28,291 nt of DNA from a virus (Duplodnaviria; Caudoviricetes), in IMG/VR virus record IMGVR_UViG_3300033480_000013, positions 1 to 28,291 of that record, one strand, 5' to 3'. Under the pieces are notes generated by a model. That model ran no database searches. It was not told where the DNA came from and was given only the letters and a program-made list of their open reading frames with translations. The translations under genes and the position numbers were made by a program. Below, one piece after another: positions 17,180 to 25,387 of the stretch; the stretch's first letter is position 1, and the number at the start of each line of letters is the position of its first letter.

Positions 17180-17829
17180 GCAGCGACGGAACCATGTCCG
17201 CCATGCTGGCCCGTCTCGCGAAGCGGTGCACGCCGGCCAGCATCGTCGACGTTGGTGCGAGCAACGGTTCGTGGTCTACAACGGCGCTGCTTCACTGGCC
17301 CGCGGCGAAGACGCTGCTCATCGAGGCGGACCTGCGGCACTGGTCTGCGCTCGACGCCTTCGCCGAAAGCGTAGGCTCCCATGCCGTGCACGCCATGGCT
17401 GGCGATCACGTGGGCACCGGTCACTTCGCCTCCACGTCGGACCCATACGGAGGTCAAGGCAGTGACCACCCACGTGTGGACACGCGAGAGGCGCCGTGCA
17501 CCACGGTCGACCACGAGGTCGCGCGCCTTGGCCTGCCAGCCCCCTACCTGCTCAAGCTCGATACCCACGGGTACGAGAGGCAGATCATGGCCGGCGCGCA
17601 GTGGGTGCTGGCTGGCGCGGTGGCGCTCGTGATCGAGGCCTACACCTGCACCCTGCAGCCCGGGGCGTGGCGCTTCTGGGAGCTGTGCCAGTACCTGGAG
17701 GGCTTCGGGTTCGTCCCTACCGACGTGGCAGACGTCATGCGCCGGCCGCTCGACGGGCGCTGGTGGCAATGCGACATGGCGTGGGAGCGCGCGAGCGCGC
17801 CCCACGTGGGCGAGGGGAGGTATCGGTGA
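17176..17829 (+). CDS. FkbM-family SAM-dependent methyltransferase
   Basis: IVDVGASNGSWS, LIEA, TTVD, LLKLDTHGYERQIMAGA. Confidence 0.88.
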   Translation: MSSDGTMSAMLARLAKRCTPASIVDVGASNGSWSTTALLHWPAAKTLLIEADLRHWSALDAFAESVGSHAVHAMAGDHVGTGHFASTSDPYGGQGSDHPRVDTREAPCTTVDHEVARLGLPAPYLLKLDTHGYERQIMAGAQWVLAGAVALVIEAYTCTLQPGAWRFWELCQYLEGFGFVPTDVADVMRRPLDGRWWQCDMAWERASAPHVGEGRYR

Positions 17830-18008
17830 AGCCAGAGGAGATCAAGCAGGCCGCCAGGAAGGCCTTGTTCGGGCGTCCTGCGTGTGTCGCAGACTACACG
17901 GCCCAGATAGAAGTGACCAGAGACGAAGTGGTCTATCGGTACGGTAATGAGGAATGCCGTGAGTCTCGTGCCGGTGAGCAGATTGTGGATGCGGACACAG
18001 GCCGATGA
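17826..18008 (+). CDS. 60-aa hypothetical protein
   Basis: MKPEEIKQAARKALFG...; GTGA and ATGA overlaps bridge the two methyltransferases. Confidence 0.55.
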   Translation: MKPEEIKQAARKALFGRPACVADYTAQIEVTRDEVVYRYGNEECRESRAGEQIVDADTGR

Positions 18009-18643
18009 ACGCCCAGCGCCCGCACCTCATCGCCCGCCTCATCGGCACCCAGGAGGCCGAGGCGTGGGCAATCATCCGCGCCCTGGAGGCTACCCGCGCG
18101 CTACCGGGCGACGTCTGCGAGTTCGGCGTCGCCCAGGGAGCGACCTCGGCCCTCATGGCCAACGAGCTACTCGAGACCGCCGAGCGCCTGCACCTGTTCG
18201 ACAGCTTCGCCGGGCTGCCAGCCCCCACCAAGAAGGACGAGCTGCTCCACGACATCTTCGGCCTGAAGAGCATGGCAGCCTACGCCGGCACGATGGCGTG
18301 CGGGCCAGACATGGCGCTGGCGCGGCTCGCGACCGTGGGGTTTCCACCCGAGCGCACCGTCATCCACGCCGGGTTCCTGCGCGAGACCCTGGCAGGCCCA
18401 AACCTGCCCGCGGCGGTGCGGTTCGCCTACGTGGACGTTGACCTCTACGAGTCGACCCTCCAGGCGCTGGACTTCCTAACCGTCGCGATGGTGCCGGGCG
18501 GGGTGGCGCTGGTTGACGACTACGGGTTTTTCAGCTCGGGCGCCCAGACGGCGGTCGAGGAAGTGGCGGCCTGCGGCGGATGGGATGTGCGACCGAGCGA
18601 GCCGGAGGCGCTGCACTTTTGCACGCTGACCAGGAGGCCGTGA
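18005..18643 (+). CDS. TylF/MycF/NovP-family sugar O-methyltransferase
   Basis: PGDVCEFGVAQG, LFDSFAGLP, GFLRETL, YVDVDLYEST, VDDY. Confidence 0.9.
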   Translation: MNAQRPHLIARLIGTQEAEAWAIIRALEATRALPGDVCEFGVAQGATSALMANELLETAERLHLFDSFAGLPAPTKKDELLHDIFGLKSMAAYAGTMACGPDMALARLATVGFPPERTVIHAGFLRETLAGPNLPAAVRFAYVDVDLYESTLQALDFLTVAMVPGGVALVDDYGFFSSGAQTAVEEVAACGGWDVRPSEPEALHFCTLTRRP

Positions 18644-19398
18644 CCGTGACCGAGCCGCTGCACCTCTTTCTCCACATCCCCAAGACGGCCGGGGTCACGA
18701 TCCACGAGATCGCCGTGAGGCAGTACCCGCCAGGGTGCACCTTCATCGTCAACGAGGATCCATCCCAAAAGATCGAGGATCTGTTGGCCTTGACGCCAGG
18801 GACGCGAGCTGGGTTGCGCTACGTGGGCGGCCATTTCTCGTACGGCTTTCACAGCCATTTCCTCCGCCCCTGCCGCTACGTCACCATGCTGCGCGACCCG
18901 GCCGACCTTCTGGTGTCTTGTTACCACTACATACTCCGCTGCCAGTACCAGCCCAACCACGGTCCGCTGGTCGACGGGAATGTGGAGTTCGCTCAGTGGA
19001 TCTCGCAGGAATGGCTCGGCCACATCGACAACCATCAACTACGCTGCCTGCTCGGCAAGTGGCCGCCAGAGCCCATCGCGCGCTCCGACCTTGAACTTGG
19101 CAAGCGACTCCTGACCGAGGAGTTCGCAGCCTTCGGGCTGGTCGAGCGGTTCGACGAGTCGATGCTGTTCTTCCAGGATGCCTTCGGGTGGGGCGTGCCG
19201 ACCTACACCGCGCGCAACGTGTACCACCACCCGCAGGACGCCGACGTGCTGACGCCGGAGACGCGGGGGATCATCACCCGACACCACGCTATGAGCTGCG
19301 AGCTGGTGGCGTTTGCCCGACGGCTGTTTGACCAGCGGGTGCGGGATGCGGGGCAGGCGTTTACGGCGCGGCTAAGGCGGTTCCAGGGGACCACGTGA
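18640..19398 (+). CDS. PAPS-dependent sulfotransferase (Sulfotransfer_2/Gal-3-O-sulfotransferase-like)
   Basis: 5'-PSB FLHIPKTAGVTI, 3'-PB TMLRDP....VSCY, GLVERFDESM. Confidence 0.88.
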   Translation: MTVTEPLHLFLHIPKTAGVTIHEIAVRQYPPGCTFIVNEDPSQKIEDLLALTPGTRAGLRYVGGHFSYGFHSHFLRPCRYVTMLRDPADLLVSCYHYILRCQYQPNHGPLVDGNVEFAQWISQEWLGHIDNHQLRCLLGKWPPEPIARSDLELGKRLLTEEFAAFGLVERFDESMLFFQDAFGWGVPTYTARNVYHHPQDADVLTPETRGIITRHHAMSCELVAFARRLFDQRVRDAGQAFTARLRRFQGTT

Positions 19399-20150
19399 CC
19401 GCGACTGTCCGCATCATCCACAACCTGGCCCGCTCGGGCGGCACCATCTTCGCGCGCTGCCTCGGATGCATGGACAGCGTGGCGCTCCTGAGCGAGATCC
19501 ACCCGCTGACGGTCGGCATCTTCGGCGCTACCCAACAGGCGGCCGAGTGGCACGGCCTACAGGTGCCCCCGGGCCAGAGCTTCGTGGCCAACATCGGTGC
19601 CCTGGCCGAGGCCGCGGCTGGCGCCGGCAAGGCCCTCGTGCTGCGCGGCTGGGACCACGTCGACCTCATGCCGTGCCCCCACAACGGATGGGTGCCCAGC
19701 ATGCACTCCGAGCTGTTCGACACGCTGGCGGGCCGCTTCGAGGTGCGGCGCTTGGCGCTTGTGCGCGAGCCACTGGCCATGTGGGCAAGCCTGCGGCGGC
19801 ACTGGGCGAAGGCGACGCAGCCGCAGTACGGAGACGTCTCGCTGGCGGACTTCCTGCGCGGCTACCGGGCCTTTGCCGAGATGGCCTACACGATGCCGCT
19901 CGTGCGATACGAGGACTTCTGCGCCGACCCGGTCGGAACGCTGGCCGAGGTGTGCGAGCTGCTCGACCTGCGGTTCGACGCCGGCTGGCCAGGCAAGTGG
20001 CGGCACTACCGCAAGGTCACGGGCGACATTGCGAACCAGGGCGAGAGGCGGGGCATCGCCATGCCGCCGCCGGTGCGCGACCCAGAGCTCGAAGCGAAGG
20101 CCGCGGGGAATCCTGACTACCGGGTGGCGGTGGCGCTGTTGGGGTACTAG
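19395..20150 (+). CDS. Second PAPS-dependent sulfotransferase of a different subfamily
   Basis: 5'-PSB HNLARSGGT, LSEIHP, 3'-PB LVREP....AS, VRYEDFCADP. Confidence 0.85.
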   Translation: MTATVRIIHNLARSGGTIFARCLGCMDSVALLSEIHPLTVGIFGATQQAAEWHGLQVPPGQSFVANIGALAEAAAGAGKALVLRGWDHVDLMPCPHNGWVPSMHSELFDTLAGRFEVRRLALVREPLAMWASLRRHWAKATQPQYGDVSLADFLRGYRAFAEMAYTMPLVRYEDFCADPVGTLAEVCELLDLRFDAGWPGKWRHYRKVTGDIANQGERRGIAMPPPVRDPELEAKAAGNPDYRVAVALLGY

Positions 20151-20383
20151 CGATCGCTGCGAACCGCTTTCCGCAGATCTTCCAGAAGCTCGGCAAATGG
20201 CATCCGCTCTGGGACGGTCAACTCAATGGGTCCAGTGTCTCCGCCGTAGCTGTAGAGGGACGATGCATCGGCGTCGTAGACGTGGACGGTGCGGTAGGGT
20301 ATCCCGTCTTTCTCGTACATCCCGCCTCCGTCATCGATAAAGCCAAGAGCAATGATAGCGGCGATGAATTCGTCGCGAGTCAT
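20147..20383 (-). CDS. Hypothetical protein
   Basis: MTRDEFIAAIIALGF...; ATGA overlap with the upstream minus-strand gene. Confidence 0.6.
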   Translation of the reverse strand: MTRDEFIAAIIALGFIDDGGGMYEKDGIPYRTVHVYDADASSLYSYGGDTGPIELTVPERMPFAELLEDLRKAVRSDR

Positions 20384-20937
20384 GGCTTCGCTCCAACCAG
20401 CTCGCGCAGCTTGGTCCACCACCCCGACGGTGGTGTCAACGGGGAGAAGTGGTCTCGGCTATGCTCCTCCTGGAACTTTGCAACGCCCTCCACGTGCTCC
20501 CGCACGGCCGCCAGCGGGTCGGGCTCCCCGTCCGGCTTCCAGAATTTGCCCCTGTCCTTGGCGCCGAAAATGCCGGCCCTGCCGGTGACGGTGAAACCGG
20601 GTTCGCGCGCTACCCCGCTCGGAGCTTCCGAGAAGTCAGTGTGCCCCTCGACGTTGTGGGCACACCATGCATCTCCGTCGAGGGTAAGAACTATCGTCCC
20701 TGGCTCCGGCAAACCACCCTCGCCGATCATCTCGCGGAGCATGGCAGCGTGCCCCTCTTGAACCGAGATCATGACGGTGTCGTCCTTGAGCGCGTTCCGG
20801 GATGCGTCGACAGCGTCTCCGGCAGACCTGACCGCACGGGCGGTAGCCAAACGGTACTCAACTTGGCGGGCCATCTCTACTCCATACTCACGCGCGAACG
20901 CAGCCGCCCAGATCCTCTTCTCGCCGGTGGTCATCAT
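20380..20937 (-). CDS. Hypothetical protein
   Basis: 185 aa with protein-like composition; 4-nt overlaps at both ends. Confidence 0.65.
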   Translation of the reverse strand: MMTTGEKRIWAAAFAREYGVEMARQVEYRLATARAVRSAGDAVDASRNALKDDTVMISVQEGHAAMLREMIGEGGLPEPGTIVLTLDGDAWCAHNVEGHTDFSEAPSGVAREPGFTVTGRAGIFGAKDRGKFWKPDGEPDPLAAVREHVEGVAKFQEEHSRDHFSPLTPPSGWWTKLRELVGAKP

Positions 20938-21185
20938 GGCGTTGTCCCTGTCTTCTTGAGATACCGAGCGAGGTAGCTACTCACCAGGTTTCTGCCAGGC
21001 TCGTCGGCGTCCCATAGATCGCCGCTGTCTTTGATGGTTCCGTCAGTGTGCCGCCAGACCATGCGCCCATCTTCGAGCAAAAGTTGCGTGATGTGCGCCG
21101 CCGGTGCGTATGCGGCAACGATGGGGAGACCCGTCTCGCGACGGTAGCGCGCCATCTTCTGCGGGCTGACGACTTGGGTGCCCAT
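20934..21185 (-). CDS. Hypothetical protein
   Basis: 83 aa; overlap-coupled. Confidence 0.6.
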   Translation of the reverse strand: MGTQVVSPQKMARYRRETGLPIVAAYAPAAHITQLLLEDGRMVWRHTDGTIKDSGDLWDADEPGRNLVSSYLARYLKKTGTTP

Positions 21186-21400
21186 TACGGGCTCTTTCCC
21201 GTACCGTCCCGCTCCGCGATCTTGAGCGTCACCTTCGCCACTGTCCCGCTCGACACCGGCCCGCCGAGGGACGCGATCTTGAGCGAGTCCGGGCAGACGT
21301 CAAGTAGCTTGGACGTTCGACAGAGCCCCTTGGCGGCGATGATGGCGTTCACCCTGTCGAGCTGGTCCTGGGAGAGCCGCGCTTCCGCCCGGGCCATCAT
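21185..21400 (-). CDS. Small protein, possibly HTH/Cro-like
   Basis: KGLCRTSKLLDVCPDSLKIASLGGPV loosely fits an HTH; lies next to divergent promoters. Confidence 0.5.
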   Translation of the reverse strand: MMARAEARLSQDQLDRVNAIIAAKGLCRTSKLLDVCPDSLKIASLGGPVSSGTVAKVTLKIAERDGTGKSP

Positions 21401-21444
21401 CGGGTTGGCCTTCCGGTGTTGTCGTTCGCCGTGTGCCTCATGTT

Positions 21445-21476
21445 TTGCGTTCTACGAATCGGCGCCCCGCTGTCAA
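21445..21476 (-). promoter_or_regulatory. Putative leftward promoter
   Basis: Minus strand TTGACA (21476-21471)-N16-TAGAAC. GTAGAACGCAA is followed 3 nt later by ATG 21441 of a 14-aa ORF (MRHTANDNTGRPTR) coupled to 21400. Confidence 0.55.
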
Positions 21477-21484
21477 GAACTTCT

Positions 21485-21516
21485 TTCGCCCGCCTGTCGC
21501 TTTGCGTACCACGCGA
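21485..21516 (+). promoter_or_regulatory. Putative late promoter 3, heading the head/tail genes
   Basis: GTACCACGCGA at 21506-21516; weak -35 TTCGCC 16 nt upstream of TACCAC. Confidence 0.5.
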
Positions 21517-21525
21517 ATCAGAACC

Positions 21526-22497
21526 GTGGGCCTGCGAATTGCCAATCTGGTCAGGGCAGCGCGGGGCAGCCGCCCGCCTGGGAAGAGAAGCGCCCGGTTC
21601 AAGACGTTGCGGCCGGTCCGCCCCAGCAAGCGCACCGAGATCTGGTACCGCGGCCAACTCTTGGGGCTCGTGGCCCACCTGCGCCGGCTGATTACCGAGC
21701 GCTTCCAGGGGCTCCGCGACGAGTGGCCGGCCCGCACCGGTGACGCCGCCGTGGTGGGAGACCGCGAGCCGGACGTCGGGACGTTCGCTGATCCCAACTT
21801 CGAGGGCGCGCCCCGCATCCAGATGGTGATCGAGGGCGTGAAGCGCGACATGCCAGGGTTGCTGGAGTTCGCCAGCAAGACCTCCGTCAGCGCAGCTACC
21901 AAGAACCTGGCCAAGATCGACGACGACCTGGCCTACGTCATCGAGCAGCAGCTCGGCGTCGACGTGGGGCCAATCCTGGAAGGCTTCGGCCCGCTGTCGC
22001 AGCAGATGCGCAAGGCGGTGCAGGACAACATCGAGCTGATCCGGTCCATCCCGACGGAGTACCTCGACCGGGTCAAAGAGACGCTCTCGACGGCGTGGCA
22101 AGAGGGCGTCGGGTTCGAGCAGGCGGGCAAGATGCTCGAGCGCGACTTCGCCACCACCGAGAGCCGGGCCGCCCTCATCGCGCGGGACCAGACCCAGAAG
22201 ATGGCCGGGCAGTTCAACCGCGAACGGCAGCAGCAAGTCGGGATCGACAAGTACCAGTGGCGCTGCACCCGAAAGAACACGCGGCCCGAGCACCTGGCGA
22301 TGGAGACCGGTGGTGAGGGCGGCAAGGGGATCTACCGCTGGGACGAGCCGGGCCCGCTCAAGGGGACGATCGACGGAGAGCCGTGCCACCCAGGAATCGA
22401 CGTGAATTGCCATTGTCTCGCCGTCCCATTTGTTGACCTCTCCGACGGTAACGAGGACTTCTGGGCCAGCATGCGGGCTGCACAGGAGGCCGCTTGA
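21526..22497 (+). CDS. Head morphogenesis protein (SPP1 gp7/Mu gpF family)
   Basis: NIELIRSIP, RAALIARDQTQK, YQWR...RPEH, HPGIDVNCHC. Start tentatively GTG 21526. Confidence 0.88.
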   Translation: MGLRIANLVRAARGSRPPGKRSARFKTLRPVRPSKRTEIWYRGQLLGLVAHLRRLITERFQGLRDEWPARTGDAAVVGDREPDVGTFADPNFEGAPRIQMVIEGVKRDMPGLLEFASKTSVSAATKNLAKIDDDLAYVIEQQLGVDVGPILEGFGPLSQQMRKAVQDNIELIRSIPTEYLDRVKETLSTAWQEGVGFEQAGKMLERDFATTESRAALIARDQTQKMAGQFNRERQQQVGIDKYQWRCTRKNTRPEHLAMETGGEGGKGIYRWDEPGPLKGTIDGEPCHPGIDVNCHCLAVPFVDLSDGNEDFWASMRAAQEAA

Positions 22498-23717
22498 GCG
22501 CCATGCGCGAGTGCCGCGCCTTCGACCTGTTCATGCTGGGCACCCAGCGGGTCAAGGACGCCGACGGGTTCCTGCACGTCCCGGGCTGCATCGCCAAGGC
22601 GGGCAACGTCCAGGAGTACCGCGCGGCCGAGCTTGAGCTGGACGGCGATCCGAACCGCGTGGTGCGCCTCTATCGGCCGCGGGACGAGGTCGCCAAGTCG
22701 ACCGTCACCTTCGCTCGCAAGCCGCTCACCAACGAACATCCGCCGGGCCGGTGGATCACGCCGGACAACTGGGAGCGGCACGCGGTCGGCGACTCCGGCA
22801 GCGCCGTCGACATGCAGGGCGACGACATGGTGACCGAGCTGATCTTTCGAAAGAAGTCGGCCATCGCCGACCTGGAGGCCGGCAAGGTCGCGCTTTCCAA
22901 CGGGTACAAGTTCAACTTCGACGACAGCAAGAAGACCACGCCGGAAGGCGAGGCGGTTGACGGCTGGATGACAGCAATCCAGGGCAACCACATTGCGCTC
23001 GTCGACCGGGGGCGCGGCGGACCCGGTTGTGTTGTCGCCGACGTCAAGGAGACCCACATGGCAACGAGAACAGTGAAGATCGGAAAGCTCTCGTTCGAGC
23101 TCGACGCCACCGCCGCAGACGCCGTCGAGGCCGAACGTGAAGACAAGGACAAGATCGCGGCCGACTGCGCGGCGGCGATGAAGCTCGCCGAGGACGCCGA
23201 AAAGCGCGCCGTCACGGCCGAGGCCACCGCGAAGGAGCAGCTTGCGAAGCTCACCGCCCAGGACGCGGAGATCAAGCAGCTCAAGGACAACCCGCCCGCG
23301 CCCAAGCCCGAAGTGGTCGAGCAGCTCGCCGAAGAGCGCGCGGCCGTGGTGGGCGACGCCGCGGTACTGGCCCCCGACCTGAAGCCCGAAGGCAAGACGG
23401 TCGACCAGATCCGCCGCGAGGCACTGACCGCTTGCGTGGCCAAGGACGCGGGCATCAAGGCCGTGGCCGACGCCGCCATGGCGGGCACCCCCATCGACAA
23501 GGCAGCTCCCGAGGTAGTGAAGGCCACCTTCTCGGCGGCGGCCTCGATCGCCAAGACCTCCAGGACCGCGAACGACAAGGACTCGATCGCGGCCGACCTC
23601 TTGACCGCCGGCAGCGGCCAAGGAAACGGCAAGGACAAGACGGCTGCCGATGCGGAAGGGCTCGTGGGGTACGCCCTGTTCTGCGATCGCCTCAATCACC
23701 CCAAGGCCCAAGCGTAA
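22494..23717 (+). CDS. DUF2213 prohead protease/scaffold
   Basis: DGFLHVPGCIAKAG..QEY, YRPRDEV, PLTNEHP, LSNGY, NHIALVDRGRGG, then an Ala/Lys/Glu coiled-coil tail. Confidence 0.9.
   Translation: MSAMRECRAFDLFMLGTQRVKDADGFLHVPGCIAKAGNVQEYRAAELELDGDPNRVVRLYRPRDEVAKSTVTFARKPLTNEHPPGRWITPDNWERHAVGDSGSAVDMQGDDMVTELIFRKKSAIADLEAGKVALSNGYKFNFDDSKKTTPEGEAVDGWMTAIQGNHIALVDRGRGGPGCVVADVKETHMATRTVKIGKLSFELDATAADAVEAEREDKDKIAADCAAAMKLAEDAEKRAVTAEATAKEQLAKLTAQDAEIKQLKDNPPAPKPEVVEQLAEERAAVVGDAAVLAPDLKPEGKTVDQIRREALTACVAKDAGIKAVADAAMAGTPIDKAAPEVVKATFSAAASIAKTSRTANDKDSIAADLLTAGSGQGNGKDKTAADAEGLVGYALFCDRLNHPKAQA
23058..23717 (+). CDS. Nested in-frame scaffolding protein (internal start)
   Basis: AAGGAG at 23046-23051 before an in-frame ATG 23058, right after the protease domain. 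Confidence 0.65.
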   Translation: MATRTVKIGKLSFELDATAADAVEAEREDKDKIAADCAAAMKLAEDAEKRAVTAEATAKEQLAKLTAQDAEIKQLKDNPPAPKPEVVEQLAEERAAVVGDAAVLAPDLKPEGKTVDQIRREALTACVAKDAGIKAVADAAMAGTPIDKAAPEVVKATFSAAASIAKTSRTANDKDSIAADLLTAGSGQGNGKDKTAADAEGLVGYALFCDRLNHPKAQA

Positions 23718-23729
23718 GGAGACCGGATC

Positions 23730-24257
23730 ATGTCTACACCCTCTCTCTCGACGGCTGGTGGCGCGCTCCTGTCTCTCGGTTACGCCGGTCAGCCGGCCAA
23801 CCTGGAGGAGAGCTCCACCTTCACCCTCCACAACGAAAGCACCACCGGCGGCGACGACAGCGCCGGCATGCTGGACTTCGGCATCGCGGTCGCGCGCGGC
23901 ACGAACGACGGCTACTGCAAGCGCATCGCGGCCGACGGGGATCTCCCGGTCGGCATCACGGTCCGCCACCCGACCATGCCGGCCACCACCACGGGCTACG
24001 TGGGCTACAAGGCATCGACCGCGGTTCCCATCATGTACCTCGGCTGCATCTACGCCGAGGCCTACGAGGACGTGGTCGCGGGCGACCAGGTCATCAGCGT
24101 CACAGCCCAGGGCGGGAAGCTCTCGGGCACCCACTCGGGGATCGTCGGGGCCGGCCGCGTGCTGGTGCCCAACGCCTACTGGGTCAAAGCGGTCTCCGCT
24201 GGATCGGTCGGACTCATCCGGCTCACCGGCGTGTGCAACCCCAACACCACCACGTAA
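23730..24257 (+). CDS. Head decoration/cement protein
   Basis: Lies between DUF2213 and the major capsid gene; G/A/T-rich, GYAGQ, FGIAV; RBS TAAGGAG. Confidence 0.75.
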   Translation: MSTPSLSTAGGALLSLGYAGQPANLEESSTFTLHNESTTGGDDSAGMLDFGIAVARGTNDGYCKRIAADGDLPVGITVRHPTMPATTTGYVGYKASTAVPIMYLGCIYAEAYEDVVAGDQVISVTAQGGKLSGTHSGIVGAGRVLVPNAYWVKAVSAGSVGLIRLTGVCNPNTTT

Positions 24258-24274
24258 GGAAAGGCAGGGGCATC

Positions 24275-25378
24275 ATGTCTCAGGGAAAGAAAGTTGTCAC
24301 GATCCTCGATTCGGCTTCCTGCCAGAAGAAACAGGTCGCGGTCGACGAGAAGCGCTGGAACGAGATCAACACCGGCATCCAGAAGATCTTCAAGTTCGAC
24401 TGGAACCACGAGTATCTGCTGGCCGCGGACTCCTCGGAGGGCATGGCCTTCCTGGTCTCCCAGCTCGCCTACACGGAGGCCGAGACCTACGCCAAGGAGT
24501 ACACCGAGGCGCAGTATCGCATGCTCATCCCGGTCACCTCGGAGGCTGGCCCGGATGCGTCCTCGGTGCGCTACCAGATCTACGACAAGGTCGGCCAGGG
24601 GAAGCGCATCAACGGCGCGGCCGACGACCTGCCCGGGGTGGATGTGGCGGGCGCCGTCGTCGAGACCGCAGTCTCGACCGGCGGCATCTCGTACCAGTAC
24701 ACCCAGGACGAGTTGGTTCAGGCGGCCCGCATGATCCGCCCGCTGCCGAGCGAGCGCATGGCAACCGCCATCGAGGCGTCGGAGCGGCACCTGAACGAGG
24801 TCGCGATGAACGGTGAGAACACCGGCGTGGCGGGCGAAGCTCGCTACTACGGCCTGCTCAACCAAAGCGGCGTCACGACCCACAATGACCTCACGTCCGG
24901 CTACACGGCCGCGTGGGGCACGACCGCGACCGCCGACCAGGTGCTGGCCGACGTCAACAAGGGGATCCTGGCCTACTGGCAGGGATCCAACTACACCGTG
25001 CTGCCCAACACGTTCGGGATGGCCCCGGCGTGCTACTCGGCACTGGCGACGCGCTACAACTCGCTCGGGACCAAGACCCTGCTGCAGCTAGTGCAGGAGG
25101 GCAACATGACGACCGCGCGCTCTGGCGAGAAGCTCAACATCATCCCGATCCTGCAGGCTGCCACGGCCGGCACGTCGGGAGGCGGCGCTGCGAGCAAGAG
25201 CCGGAACGTCCTCTACCGCAACGAGAAGCGCCGGATGGTCATGCACGTCCCGATGCCGGTCCGGTTCCTGGCCCCGCAGCCCGTCGGGCTCAAGGTCAAG
25301 ATCCCGGGCTGGTACAAGTACGCCGGCCTGAACGTCCGCTACATCTACACCGTCCTGTACCAAGACAACATGGCGTAG
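24275..25378 (+). CDS. Major capsid protein (DUF2184, HK97 fold)
   Basis: FLVSQLAYTE, LIPV, YDKVGQGK, ADDLP.VD, YTQDEL, GLLN, PMP..FLAPQ. Start ATG 24275; 367 aa. Confidence 0.92.
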   Translation: MSQGKKVVTILDSASCQKKQVAVDEKRWNEINTGIQKIFKFDWNHEYLLAADSSEGMAFLVSQLAYTEAETYAKEYTEAQYRMLIPVTSEAGPDASSVRYQIYDKVGQGKRINGAADDLPGVDVAGAVVETAVSTGGISYQYTQDELVQAARMIRPLPSERMATAIEASERHLNEVAMNGENTGVAGEARYYGLLNQSGVTTHNDLTSGYTAAWGTTATADQVLADVNKGILAYWQGSNYTVLPNTFGMAPACYSALATRYNSLGTKTLLQLVQEGNMTTARSGEKLNIIPILQAATAGTSGGGAASKSRNVLYRNEKRRMVMHVPMPVRFLAPQPVGLKVKIPGWYKYAGLNVRYIYTVLYQDNMA

Positions 25379-25387
25379 CGAGGCGCG

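Noticed and set aside
22332-24134. 600-aa minus-strand ORF (also 2042-3376, 12478-13449, 15926-16882 and most of 21397-22413)
   Set aside because: Antisense shadows of GC3-rich genes with no recognisable motifs.
23432-24274. 281-aa N-terminal extension of the capsid ORF, or a frameshift fusion with the decoration gene
   Set aside because: R/G/P-rich off-frame translation over two well-supported genes; no slippery heptamer noticed; a good ATG exists at 24275.
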